In this document: positions 1 to 12,608 of the stretch, in pieces
Numbering within the stretch: position 1 is the first letter of the stretch
Layout: every line of letters begins with the position of its first letter
Source of the DNA: Octopus sinensis
Taxonomy: Eukaryota
Length of the DNA stretch: 64,000 bases
Direction of reading: 5' to 3'
Assembly: GCF_006345805.1 (NCBI RefSeq)
Contig: NC_043006.1
Location: forward strand, 93,868,001 to 93,932,000
Program-made: the position numbers and the translations under genes
The notes under the pieces: generated by a model
The model's input: only the letters and a program-made list of their open reading frames with translations
What the model was told of the DNA's origin: nothing
The model's database searches: none

Positions 1-320
1 AGTTTGATTTTAATTTTTACTTACTACATATAATTCAATTGTTATTATTATTTTTATTGTTAAAGTGAAAGTATCTGACATAAAATAGAGAAACGTTTTT
101 GTTTCACTTTTAACACGTAATACAGAAATAGTGGAGAAGATATGATATTGCTATGGGCTCGCTCTAGGCAAGAAGTTGAACATTTTTTTTGCCCATGAAA
201 CTACATGGAACTTAAGTAAGGCATGTGTAAAATTTGAATGAAATTGCTTGAGTAGTTCTCAAGTTTTAGGAAAACACACAGACAGACAGACACACACACA
301 TTCTCAGTTTTACATATATA
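1..320 (-). mobile_element. Helitron-type 5' end fragment
   Basis: The minus strand reads TATATGTAAAACTGAGAATGTGTG..TCTGTCTGTCTG..AATTTCATTCAAATTTTACAC, the usual layout of non-autonomous Helitron 5' ends. Confidence 0.5.
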
Positions 321-544
321 TACATAAATATATATATATATATACGAGAGATCAATACCTCGAAACTCGAGTCCGTGTGTATCATAAGTTGAAGACGGGA
401 AGGATGACTTCCCTTTGCAAATACTGACAGGACACAGAAAGTGTGTCTATGGCCAGCTGGAGGAGTGTGTCCTCCTGGGGCTAAAAACTACAGTAGCATC
501 CACCCTTAGGGGTTAGCCATATTGAAATGGCAAAAATACGTCAC

Positions 545-546
545 GT

Positions 547-580
<34 letters not shown>

Positions 581-676
581 TATACATACATATATATATA
601 TATACAGACACACACACACAAACACACATATACACACACACATAAAGGTTCTTAATGGTTGGTAGATAGATAGATG

Positions 677-746
<70 letters not shown>

Positions 747-767
747 CAGACAGACATACAGACAGAC

Positions 768-827
<60 letters not shown>

Positions 828-865
828 GGACGGATGGACAGATGGATGGATGAATGGATGGATGG
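545..865. repeat. Compound microsatellite (TA)n/(CA)n/(GATA)n/(GACA)n/(GGAT)n; one of many in the window
   Basis: Directly visible. Similar tracts at about 7370-7860, 8120-8720, 15440-15890, 20560-21480, 21790-22075, 52035-52345 and 60355-60605. Confidence 0.95.
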
Positions 866-1064
866 ATGGATAGAAAAGACTTAGGCCGTGTGTGGTCTCA
901 AAACCATCATGCGTTGAGACAGTCATAAAACTGTAATCATGATGTATAACCATATATACTCATGTTTCAACATACATTAATAACAGCAGGATATCGTTTT
1001 GCAGATCATCACTAACCTGCTTTTTCACATACCATCACTGCATTCTCTCTCTCCCACTCGCTCC

Positions 1065-1132
<68 letters not shown>

Positions 1133-1286
1133 TTTCCATTTATCTATCTATATATCCATACATATATATATATCACTGTGATCGACCAGACTATCAGATG
1201 TTGCTACACATCGCTGGTCACAATGCGCTTCGCATTGTTTTAGCCTTCAAATGACGTCACCCCGCTCGCTAAGCGAGCAGGCCAAT

Positions 1287-1336
<50 letters not shown>

Positions 1337-1404
1337 AATTAATTTACTCTGCTATGTATTGAGTACCTTGTTTGCTGTGGTTAACCCCGACTCAACCCGG
1401 GACC

Positions 1405-1462
<58 letters not shown>

Positions 1463-1850
1463 GAGAGAGAGACAAGATCGAGCAAAGTACTTAGCGGCAG
1501 ATAGAGATGCTGCTAGTTTCAAATTCTACCGAGATCGACTTTGCTTCTCTTCCCTTCGGAATCGATAAAATAAGTGCCATTTGAACTCTGGGATCGATGT
1601 TATTTCCGGCCCTTATAATTTCTGACTTTGCGCCAAAGTTTTGTATCTACAGTTATTGCTCAAGCTTGGGTCTGCTTTGCTGGCCACTGCTATCGAACTG
1701 AAGAGGGGTTGTTATAGTTTGGAGACTTCTAAGCTGTAAGACAAGAATGCACCATATACGACGGCATAAAATGTGTACTAGCATATCAAACGCACTCACA
1801 ATTCCAGTAGCGCATAAGCAGGAGAGAAAAGCGTTTTTATATATTTAAGA

Positions 1851-2246
1851 CTAGCAGTATCGCCCGGCGTTGCTCGGGTTTGTAAGGGAAATAACTATAT
1901 AAGCATTTTTAGAGAGTTATAGCCAAAAAATAACAAAAAATGCATTAAAAATGGAAAAAAAAATTATGGTAATTTTTTTTAAATCGTTGACTCATCGTAG
2001 ACATCTTTAGAGAGTTACTTCCCTTATATAATAGCGAAAAAATGCATTAAAATGGAAAAAAATTATGGTAAATTATTTTTTAAATCGTAGACTCATCGTA
2101 GACGCGCGCTAATACCCAGAAGGGCTCGATATGAATCACGACTATAAGATACCCGGTTTTGGTTACACTGCACCGCAAAATGTGGGAGTAGTTAGGAATC
2201 TAAATCGTAGGAGACAGACACACAACTTCACTTTTATATATAAAGA
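1851..2246 (-). mobile_element. Non-autonomous Helitron (family A), 396 bp
   Basis: Minus strand starts TCTTTATATATAAAA and ends with hairpin CCCGAGCAACGCCGGG plus CTAG. It sits between A and T and has an internal duplication. Confidence 0.85.
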
Positions 2247-2347
2247 TTACGGCCCAGCTCTGCATATAGGACCCGGAGGGAATTTTTTAAGACATTTATT
2301 TGGAAACAAAATGCATCTTACAGTCCCATATTTAAGAGATGAGGAAT

Positions 2348-2493
2348 TATGTACATTGTTTACATTTGACGGATATTTGTCCTCATCTTGTTTCTTGTTA
2401 ACACAACGTTTCGGCTGATGTACGCTCCAGCTTTCATCAGGTGTCTTGGGGGAAATTTCGAACCTGCGTTCTCATTCCTAAGGTATTTTTCGA

Positions 2494-2526
<33 letters not shown>

Positions 2527-2640
2527 ATATGGTCACTGCTTGGAATCGAACTCGGAATCTTGGGGTTAGTACTATGCGCTCTTAACCACTACGCCATATG
2601 CCCGTGGATAAATATCCGTCAAATGTAAATAATGTAAATA
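2348..2640 (-). mobile_element. Composite element: tRNA-like head + (AAT)n + Penelope-type tail with hammerhead motif
   Basis: tRNA-like 2603-2531 (A box TGGCGTAGTGG, B box GTTCGATTCC), then an (AAT)n linker, then GACAC-CTGATGA-..-GAAA-CGTT-GTGTT at 2445-2400. Inverted repeats of 35 bp (32/35 identical) lie at 2348-2382 and 2606-2640. Confidence 0.6.
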
Positions 2641-2996
2641 GAATGCATCTTATATGCCATCAAATTCGGTAAATTTAGTTTCAAACTATGGCGCAATGCT
2701 AGGAATTTTTTAGTGGTGGTGGTGGGGGGCTAGTCGATTACATCGACCCCAGTGTCCAACTGGTATGTATTTCATAGACTCCGAAATGATGAAAATCAAA
2801 GTCGCCCTCGACGCTATTTGAAGTCAGAACGTAAAGACGGACGAAATGCCGCTAAGCATTTTCCCGTCCGCGATAACGATTCTGCCAGCTTGCCGCCCTC
2901 AATTACTATAATATTTGTGTTTACTAATTCGACGGATATCTTTCAATTGTTAATATTTCTCAATGAATTGTTCCTTATCTCTGTTTGTGTTTGCAG

Positions 2997-3140
2997 TCGT
3001 CATAACTTGTTGTTGTATCGATATTCGGATCCCAAGGACCGTCCAGCAAATTGAGAAGACTGATCGAAAGCTGAAACTTAACAAGCAATACATTAAGGAA
3101 CTCAGTAGAGCAGCGTCATCCTCTACACCAGCGCCTCCTG
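2997..3140 (+). CDS. TMIE: Internal coding exon of a TMIE-family (transmembrane inner ear expressed) single-pass membrane protein
   Basis: Acceptor tgttccttatctctgtttgtgtttgcAG and donor G|GTATGT bound a 144-bp phase 1-1 exon. It translates (x)VITCCCIDIRIPRTVQQIEKTDRKLKLNKQYIKELSRAASSSTPAPP(G). This aligns without gaps to human TMIE as recalled ([36 protein letters not shown]): Cys cluster, RxPRT, IE and KxY..L are shared. Confidence 0.8.
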
Positions 3141-3379
3141 GTATGTCAAACATTACGGATGTTGTTGTTGTTATTGTTCTTCTTTTTGTTCCACACTACA
3201 ACTACAGTAGCTGTGCTGCTGCTGCTGCTGCTGCTGCTCTGTAAGAGGTTGTCTCTTCCCTCATTAATGTCGATGGGGACGCGTAAGTTTCTGCGATGCC
3301 TGAAGTTCTATCCTCGACAGCCTCCAGTTCCTCTAACACATCGTACAGCGGACAGAGAAAAGATCTTCCTTTGGTCGGT

Positions 3380-5700
3380 TGCTTGTCTATTTAAATTAGT
3401 CCAAAGCTTCGATAATTAATCAATTATCGATACCTTGCAATTGTCCTAATTACAATGGTTTTCAGAGGCTGGATCATTAAATTCATAGCAAGTTCTGTTC
3501 AGTATTCAAACTAAACCGCCTCTCGGAACCATTTAGCGTCAAATTCCCAATCCAACAAAGATACCCCTCGCCTCCATAAGTTGTATATTTTAGCTCTGGA
3601 GCTTTTGTCACTGAGGGTGGATACTTTGTCAGGCAACCCGATTGAACTGGGCCATAGGAAGGCCATGTTTGTATGCGTTGATGATGCTAACATCATGATG
3701 TCGGGAACTTATGAGATACAAGTGGTTGGCATCATACTTGAAAGTATTCCTGGAGGGTACGGGGCAGACAATTAAAACAAATCGGTTGGCTTACAACTTG
3801 GCCCCTGCAGAAGCCTGTCCAAGATGGTCAACAGCAATTTCTACAGCTGGACCGAGAGTCCGGTTAAAGTGTTTTCAATCTGGTTCGGCCGGAAACCACT
3901 TGAGAGGGTAGGAACTGAGAAAAGTTGGCGAGAAAGGAGAGTGTACTGTCTCATTTAGAAAATGTGCCAAGAGGATTAAGGATCGAATGAAAGTAGCTCA
4001 TACCTGTTTTGCTTCCGGGGGTGAGGGGTTACAGCCTGACCATTTTACTTCGGTCCGAGAAACATTGAAGTGCATGATATCGAAGAAACAGATTTCACTG
4101 GTCGAAGGGTTCATCAGGCTGTTAACATTCGCTCCGTAGTAGTCTTGGAATGTCGACACTGATGAAACGTAGACAGGCTGTGAGACTGACTCTTCTGAAA
4201 AAGTTTCTGGACCATTACAACGGCTGGAACAACAATGAAAATGAAGGCATACTGTGGTGGCTGCATTCGTGTGGCACGTAAGCCCGTTCCTTTAACCGCA
4301 TGCAATCATGGGTCAAATACACATACTGTTGTTGGGTGTTTGGCATCGGCACTCTACCAGGCGAACAATGCTATCGATAGGAAAACAACTTTTGCATTCC
4401 AAAGAGAGTTAGTAGAGGCTATGTGCAACGATGGCGTGGGAAAGATTCTAGGCATTGGCGACAAAAGACAAAAGACTACAGAGAAGTCCTTGGCATGGCA
4501 TTGCTATAGCGATAAATGCATTACTTGTTCGAGATAAGCTCTACAGAGACAGAAGTGCTAACGGCCGAACCTGTCCGAAATGTATGTTGGGTTACAAAAC
4601 CATACTGCAAATCCATCCACAAACTAATTCCACTTCTTACAGTACATTGTAGAAAGAGTGAGTAATGAAACCGGCTTTAGTTGATTATTGATCTTTCTGG
4701 ATTAACCCGGGGCTATGACTAGGGCTGACTATCGATACTTGATGCTTGTTCTCAATGTGATCAGTTTCAGTCCTGTCTTCGGACCTTAAATCGGTTCAAT
4801 GTACAGCACCATCTTGGTGATTATACTAAATGGTCACATATCAAAATCGTTTCTAACCACTCGATTTATTTGTCTTTGGTGTCCGCTACCAGCCGGCCTC
4901 TAAGTGTTGGTTCTTAAAGCCATTGCCCCAGGCACAAAGTGTTGAAGCCACCCATAAGAAAACACCATGCAGGCAGTCCACATATATCAACTACATTAAA
5001 AAGAAACTGGCATTCCGTCGGTTACGACGACCTGGGCCCCAGTTGATCTGATCAACAGAACAGCCTACGTGCAAATGGCTGAGTACTCCACAAACACGCG
5101 TACCCTTAGCATAGTTCTCACAGAGATTCAGCTTGACACAGAGTGCGAGAAAACTGGCCCTTTGAAATACAGCGTACAACCCATTTTCCCCAGTTGAGTG
5201 GTCTGGAGCTACATGAAATAAAGTGTCTTGTTCAAGGACACTGCGAGCCGTCGGGATTCAAACTCATGACCTTGTGATCCTGAGCTGAATACCCTAATCA
5301 TTAAGCCACTTCTTCCCTTCACATCAACTGCATAGCGGTAAAGGTGTCCTGTGAATAGGAATAGATTGGTAACACACAAGAAATACGAAAGAGCGAGTTG
5401 TGTTGCCCTGTCTTGTAACTTCTGCGAAGACACTTGTGTGGGGGACAAGAGTAGAAGGTTTCAGGATGGTCTTCTTTTTTTCCTTTAAGGCTAAGACCTT
5501 CTCAATCCCTTAAGGATCGTTTGAAGAGAAAGTTGAGTGTAGAGAGCAAAATGTACCCTCCAGAAAGTTTCGTGAAAGTCAGGAGTAAATGGTAAAACCG
5601 GTGCAGTTAATTGACTCTATTCTATGTAGCTGTAAGCTGGCGGCATATCTTCGAGAAGGCCTTAATGGTTGGTGTGTCAAAAGTGTCATGAATAGCCCTA
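3380..5700 (+). mobile_element. Decayed Tx1/L1-clade LINE ORF2 fragments (two RT pieces, zinc knuckle, C-terminus), interrupted by a SINE
   Basis: Broken frames give YILALE..CVDD (YADD-equivalent, about 3580-3690), VRDKLYR..TCPKC (about 4520-4590), a second RT piece DYRYL..LNGHISKSF..CPL (about 4720-4900) and C-terminal LKRKLSVE (about 5515-5560). Confidence 0.75.
4985..5322 (-). mobile_element. tRNA-derived SINE, family C (core GTCCTTGARCAAGACACTTTATTTCA)
   Basis: Head, core and tail match copies at 13085-13368(-), 37530-37780(+), 54790-55045 and 58350-58520(-). Confidence 0.75.
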
Positions 5701-5775
5701 TGTTTAGGGGGAACCCTTTCTTGTTTTTCATCTTTATGTTTTCTATGCTGCATTACTAATTATTATTGTTTATAT

Positions 5776-6350
5776 ATGAAATAAAAATATTCTCAGTAAA
5801 GAAACCCACCAATACATAGTTGGCATAATCCCACTGATGCGGGTGGATCTCCTTGGGTTGGGTATGACGAGAAACTTCGAGCGACCAAAGACTATTCTGT
5901 CCATGGAGGGCACTTGCTTTCACCTGACTGTCGGTTTTGACCTACAGGGTATGCTTGGAGTCGTGTCATCAACTCTAACCGTTTTCGCTACAGTGACCCG
6001 CTTAATCACAAATTGACAGGAGGAGAGCGATTCGCTCGTTTGTCTCACTTTCCCCTCCAACTAGAACTTGAAAATGTCGCTGCGGTTTTTGCGAAAGAGG
6101 AGAGTGTTTGACCTCAACCTCGTCCACCTCGTCCACCACACAATCTACTATGTATCGTTCCAAGACAAAGGAGGACAGGGAGACGATCTTCACGGTGAAC
6201 TTGGACGATAGCTGTCCTTCGCGCTCTACAAGCGTTGAACATAATTCCACGAGTCATCGATGTTTAGACACTGAATGATTTCTCGCTCTGTTCGAACATT
6301 CTTAACGCGTGGGTCCGTTGCTCTGCGAGCATCTCAGAGGGTATCACCAG
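5776..6350 (+). mobile_element. Probable LINE ORF1-like remnant; left arm of an inverted duplication
   Basis: Coding-like composition with stops, next to LINE ORF2 debris. 5776-6046 is copied in inverted orientation at 6881-7134. Confidence 0.3.
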
Positions 6351-6390
6351 ATCAATGACTTTTTGTATAGGCACAAAGCTAGAATTTTCT

Positions 6391-6431
<41 letters not shown>

Positions 6432-7802
6432 CGCATGAGAGAGAGAGGTTGGGGAGGGTGACAGTTATGTTTTGCTGGATACAAGGGCCAAAGACACCGA
6501 AGATACTACGAAGGCAGAATACTAAAAGAAGTAAAAAAAAAAAAGGACTAAAGCAAAATAACCAGTGTGGGATTTACAATAAGAAAAAGGGCGAGATTAA
6601 TAATAATAATAATAATATTGCTTCTTAATTGACTAAACTCTGAGCCATTCATGTCATTGCTATGCCTGTCTATTTCTGTATGCCATATGACTGAAAACCA
6701 CCACTTAGCTGTTATTTCTACATTTCTGAACTTCCTTGCATAGATTACTTCATTCAACTAGATTCTACACTTTGATTATGTTTCAACAACCAATTAATAA
6801 AAAATATCTTTATGTAGTAAATATGTAGTTCTTAAATTTATTCTTCTTCTTTGTAAGAATTCTTCTAAGAATATACACACAGACAAACGAGCGAATCGCT
6901 CTCCTCCTGTCAATTTGTGTAGCGAAAACGGTTATAGTTGATGGCACGACTCCAAGCATACCCTGTAGGTCAAAAGCGACAGTCAGGTGAAAGCAAGTGC
7001 CCTCCATGGACAGAATAGTCTTTGGTCGCTCGAAGTTTCTCGTCAGACCCAACCCAAGGATGTCCACCCGCATCAGTGGGATTATGCCAGCTATGTATTG
7101 GTGGGTTTCTTTACTGAGAATATTTTTATTTCATTTTTTTTCTTCTTTTTATGTAAATCCCACCCACCAACGCAATGTATAACCTGTCACTGTAATGTCC
7201 ATTTAAACTGAATCCCCAGTGCCAATTAAATGAAGTCGTCGTCGTCATCATCATCATTTTTTTATTTGCTGCACAATTCAATTCTATTCTCTTTCTTGCG
7301 TTTAGGACGTGTGACAAGCAACAGGAGGGAAACACAGAGATGAACCACAGGAAAATGGGGAGCAAGGAGGATCACACACACACAAGCACGTACACACACA
7401 CACACACACACACTCGTACGGAAACACAAGCAAACACACACATGTACCAGCGCTTAGATAAAAAAAAATGCTCATACACACATATGCACTCACCGACACA
7501 CATACACCCACTATATACATACACATAAATAACACTATATACACATACATACATACTATATACATACACTATATATATACACATAAATAAGCACATATAC
7601 ACAGAAACATATACAAACACATATACTAAGTCATACACATACACACTCTTAAATATATGCACATACACACACACACCTACATTCACACAGGCACACGTAA
7701 CGCACAAAAGTACACACATGCGCAAGCACATATATACACCCGCATGCATACACATATACATCAAAGCACATGCACCCAAACTCATTTATACATAACACGT
7801 GC

Positions 7803-7840
<38 letters not shown>

Positions 7841-8132
7841 AACTATATATGCATGTATATGTGTGTGTATGATTTTTGGAAGTGGGTGATTATCGGCGAG
7901 TCTTTGCATGCATGTGTGTATGGATGTTTATTTGAACATGGACAGCATCATGTGAAAGACAAATCACGTGACAACAAAAAAAATGCAGAAAATAACAAAA
8001 TAAAATAATATTCATTGTCAAAGGGATTAAAGAAAAAATAATTCAAGGTATTTATTTGGTCATTTTATTTTTTTATACATATACATACATATATGTGCGC
8101 GCGTGTATATATATATGTGTATATATATATAT

Positions 8133-8193
<61 letters not shown>

Positions 8194-8488
8194 TAAATAA
8201 AACATATGCATATATATAAACATATATGTACGTACCTACCTCTACATGTACATATACATGCATATATGAGTACAGGACACCAAAAAGACGTCGAACACAA
8301 CGAGAAACGAAAACATAGACACAAACCCAAGGAACTGGACATTTTTTTAAACAACAAAAAAATAGACTACAGGACAATTAACACAAAGAAAAAAACCCCT
8401 TCTTCAGTCGCTATGGTTTCATCTACTCTACGTTTCGAAGGTGAAAGCGAGACGTATCTTCGACAAGAAACTTTCCTTCCTGCGAAAA

Positions 8489-8564
<76 letters not shown>

Positions 8565-8656
8565 TATATATATGTATGCATATATATATATATATATATA
8601 ATATATATATATGTATGCATATATATATAAATATATATATAAATATATATATACAT

Positions 8657-8705
<49 letters not shown>

Positions 8706-8751
8706 ATATATATATATTAACATACATGTATACTACATGTATTCTTACAAC

Positions 8752-9156
8752 ACAGGGTGTGTGATAAGAAGCTTACTTACCAATCACATAGTTCCGGTTC
8801 AGTCTCATTACGTGGCACCTTCGGTAAGTGTCTTCTACTACAGCTTCGGGCCGACCAAAGCCTTGTGAGTGGATTTGTTGGACGGAAACTGAAAGAAGCC
8901 CGTCGTATATGTATGTACGTATGTATGTATGTATGTGTGTATATGTTTGTGTGTCTGTGTTTGTCCCTCCACCGTCATTTGACAACCGATGTTGGTGTGT
9001 TTACGTCCCCGTAACTGAGCGGCTCGGCAAAAGAGACTGATAGGATAAGTACTAGGCTTACAAAGAATAATTCCTGGAGTCGATTTGCTGGACGAAATGC
9101 GGTGCTCCAGCATGGCCGCAGTCAAATGACTGAAACAAGTAAAAGAAGAAAAGAAT
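8752..9156 (+). mobile_element. CORE-type tRNA-derived SINE (octopus OR-like), near full length
   Basis: tRNA-like head, core GGCACCTT(G/C)GG(C/T)AAGTGTCTTCTACTA resembling the CORE/MIR motif, internal microsatellite, tail CCAGCATGGCCGCAGTCAAATGACTGAAACAAGTAAAAGA. Confidence 0.8.
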
Positions 9157-9489
9157 ATAATTACGATTCGGTTGAATTAGGTTCTTAAATTGGAGCACCT
9201 TATTAGGTCAGTCTCATTTGCACACCCAAACAGCATTAGGTGAATAGCAAACGTTATGCTGAAGGGTTTGCACTTGATATTCTTGCAGTGTATGCAGATA
9301 ACCCGACCCAACTTATTGAAGAGATCCGCTCTTCGTTGTTCAGACACGTACCTTATCAATGTAAATATTTGAGCTCCGTTGGTTATACGAATATGTTAAA
9401 ACAGTTGGTTTGTCCTTTGTGTGTGAAGTCTATGCGGTCATCTGACGAAAACGGTTTCTTTGCAATGATGTAATGAATTCATTAATCAA

Positions 9490-10305
9490 CTAGCTTAAGG
9501 TGACCCGCTCTACGCGCGGGTGAGGGTGTGGTTGTTACTTTCTGTTGCTTCCTTTCTGTTTCTCATCGCCACATTCTCCGTCTTTGTTTCTCTCTCCTTT
9601 CTCTCTCACTTTCCCATTCTCTTACTCTTCCTTTCTCTTGGACTCTCTCTCGCTTTCTCTTACTCTCTATCTTTCTCTATCTATCTATCTCCCATTTATA
9701 AAGAACAAAAGATCTTGAGTAAGTTAGAAAGAAAATATTTTGAAAGATCAATCATTAATATCAGGCAGTGACAACGGAAAGCACACTTGCCTTTTGTACG
9801 TGCCACTATTTGAGCGATTAAAAATAAGGATAAAAAGAATTTCTTTCTTAAATTTAGTACTTATTTTGAGAATTTTTCGACGATTGACCATGCAAATGAA
9901 AGCTCTAAACACGGGTTACATGCAGCTGTAAATTTCTTTCAGAAAAAATGAAACTAAACAATAGAAAATAAAAGGCAAAATATGTAAAAAATGAAATTTT
10001 TTCAACTTCAAAAATCTTGCCTTAATTTTCAAAATTTCGAACCCATTTTCTGCGCTTAAATTATAAGTCCGCTTCCACTTTACCATGTTGAAAATTTGAT
10101 TGAAATCGGGTAAAAGGTGTCCAATCTACCCCCACACCAAGTGCCCCCAAAATCAATAAAATCCTCGTTTTCACAGCAAAGCAACCACTGTAGCACCCCA
10201 AAACATCTCCCAATCAATTTCTCACCTCAAGTTACCCCCTCCTGTAAATTTTAATCCCCTTCCAGCCCCATTTAGTAACAACGTTCGCCTTCTTCATTTT
10301 ATAGA
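9490..10305 (-). mobile_element. Non-autonomous Helitron
   Basis: CTAG at 9490-9493 with hairpin ACCCGCTCTACGCGCGGGT at 9503-9521; 5' TCTATAAAA at 10305; A/T insertion context. Confidence 0.65.
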
Positions 10306-10329
10306 TTAGATTGATTAGATGCCAATCGC

Positions 10330-11150
10330 GCCAATCTGGATTAAAAAATCGATAAAAAATCACTCTTCTCAATTGAAAGGTGTGGCCTTTAGGGCAAAAT
10401 TCCTCATCTTTTAAAATGTGGCCCGCGTAGGCCCGAATGAAATCGGGTTATAATACCGAAACAAATAAAACAATGATAAACTATTTTAATCGCGAGCAAC
10501 CGCATCTTTCCAGATGGTGAGTTTTAACCTACTCAACTCTCTGCCTCATTACGCCTTGTATGCCCTGTGTCAATTCTCAGCTCGATCCGACCGCTGGTCT
10601 GGCTGCCAACCTCTCACTTAGCAAAATGTGCACACAATTCTGACCCAAAGCCTCTTTTATATATATATAGAAGCAGAGAAACCCGGTCTTGCTCGGGATT
10701 AAAATAGTTTATCATTGTTTTATTTGTTTCGGTATTATAACCCGATTTCATTCGGGTCTACGCGGGCCACATTTTAAAAGATGAGGAATTTTGCCCTAGA
10801 GGCCACACCTTTTAATTGAGCAAACTCAAAGTTGCTATGCAAACTCGCCAGGACTTTTAACATAATTGTGCAAATTTTCAGCTCAATCCGACCATATTTA
10901 CTGACACTTTTGCCAGTATAATTGCTTGTGAGACAACGTCCACTCTTTTCACGAATATGTAGTAGACTGACAGAGATACCCGGCCTTTCTTGGGATTAAA
11001 ATAGCATAGGTTTTCATTGTTTTACTTGTTTGATTAATATAACCCGATTTCATTCGGGTCTACTCGGGCCACTTTTAAAAGATGAGGAATTTTTGAGGAA
11101 AAAATAGCTGCCATGCAAACTCGCCAGCATCTTTTCAGCTCAATCCGCCC
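10330..11150. mobile_element. Nest of Helitron fragments (three copies of one 3' region, one inverted)
   Basis: 10368-10496 is the reverse complement of about 10690-10819 (4 mismatches in about 130 bp); a third copy lies at about 10975-11095. A head-to-tail junction TTTTATATATATATAGAAGCAGAGAAACCCGGTCTTGCTCGGG occurs at about 10655-10697. Confidence 0.65.
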
Positions 11151-11163
11151 ACATAATGCACAC

Positions 11164-11220
<57 letters not shown>

Positions 11221-11289
11221 ATATATATATATATATACGCATTATATATATATATATACGTTTATATATCTGTTGTACAAGATTTTTTA

Positions 11290-11660
11290 TGTGAAGTCGT
11301 GTGTTGAAACAGACATTGTTGTATTTCGGAATGGTCATTTTGCCAGTTTAGCCAATAAAAACACACGCACTATATATTTGGTGTTACTTTGCTTCAGTGT
11401 TAGTTATTTTTCACATTAATCTTAATCTTATTTCGGCCAGAGTTCTTTCGTCACACTCCTGTGACCGCATCAGTGGTCAGACAAATTACGGAAGCTACAC
11501 ACATAATAGAAGATAAACCTAGCCTGAATAGGAAACTGAAATGGAACACTAGCACACACCACAACATATGACACAAGAGGATCCCATAAACTGGTTACAA
11601 TATAATCAAAACCGAAAACATGATAAATACAATACACAGAGAAATAAACAAATAGAAATA
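11290..11660. mobile_element. Penelope-like remnant (ORF C-terminus plus inverted terminal piece with degenerate hammerhead)
   Basis: Plus strand gives EATHIIEDKPSLNR (about 11510-11550). Minus strand has GACCA-CTGATGCG-GTCACA/TGTGAC-GAAA-GAACTC-TGGCC at about 11435-11478. Confidence 0.45.
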
Positions 11661-12118
11661 AATAACTATATAGTTATTATCGACCGGGCAAGTGTCTTCA
11701 AATTCCGGACTTTGTGCCTAGAGAAGAAAAGAATAAATTGACAACCTGAACATCTTTTTTGTATCTGTACATCTCAGTTTACCATTCTTCAAGAAACTTA
11801 AATGTTTGTTCGTTGCACTGATTTCTCTGCAACCAGCGAAAGAAAGAGAGATTTGTTAAATGCTGTAAAATATTAAATTCACAAATAAATAAATTTATGC
11901 AAAAAAGAGAATTTTGTTTTATATAATAATTACTTCCGGGTCGATATGTGTTTTTTTATCTTTTTTTCTTATTTGTCAAGAATTACAACTTGTTATAGTC
12001 TAGTGAATGAATTTGATGGGCGGAAACTGTGTGGAAGCCGTATTATACCTGAGTATCATATTATACCTAAGAATGGGTATGAGTGTGTATGTGCGTGCGG
12101 TTGTATAAACAGATAAAG

Positions 12119-12458
12119 TGCGGGTATGGCTGTGTGGTATGTAACTTGCTTACAAACCACATGGTTCCGGGTTCAGTCCCACTGCATGGTACATTGGGCA
12201 AGTGTCCTCTACTATAGTCTCGGGCCGACCAAAACCTTATGGGTATTATTTGGTAGACGGAAACTGAAAGAAGCCCGTCGCGCGCGCGCACGCGTGTGTG
12301 TGTGTGTGCGTGCGTGTCTATGTTTGTCCTCCCGACTATATCTTGACAACCGAGTGAATAAGTACTAGGCTTACAAAGAATAAGTCTTGGGGTGGATTTC
12401 TTCGAATAAAAGCGGTGCTCCAGCATGGCTGCTGTCAAATATCTGAAGCAAGTAAAAG
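12119..12458 (+). mobile_element. CORE-type SINE copy
   Basis: Matches the 8752-9156 family. Further copies at about 13413-13552(+), 14290-14655(+), 20740-20970(+), 50175-50505(+) and 51410-51500(+). Confidence 0.75.
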
Positions 12459-12568
12459 AGTCAAACATAGTTATGCACACATACGTACACGCACATTTGT
12501 ATCCATTTATACACACACCGCACACATGCACACGCACGCGCATATATACGTGTGTGTGTGTGTGTGTG

Positions 12569-12608
<40 letters not shown>

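Noticed and set aside
2531-2603. Functional tRNA gene
   Set aside because: The anticodon and acceptor stems pair poorly and the sequence is embedded in a repeat; treated as a SINE-type head.
1-2996. Upstream TMIE exon encoding the transmembrane helix
   Set aside because: No hydrophobic phase-1-ending exon was found; it presumably lies before the window.
6002-6250. 82-aa minus-strand ORF as a host gene or endonuclease
   Set aside because: No intact motif, and it lies within LINE-associated debris whose strand is ambiguous.
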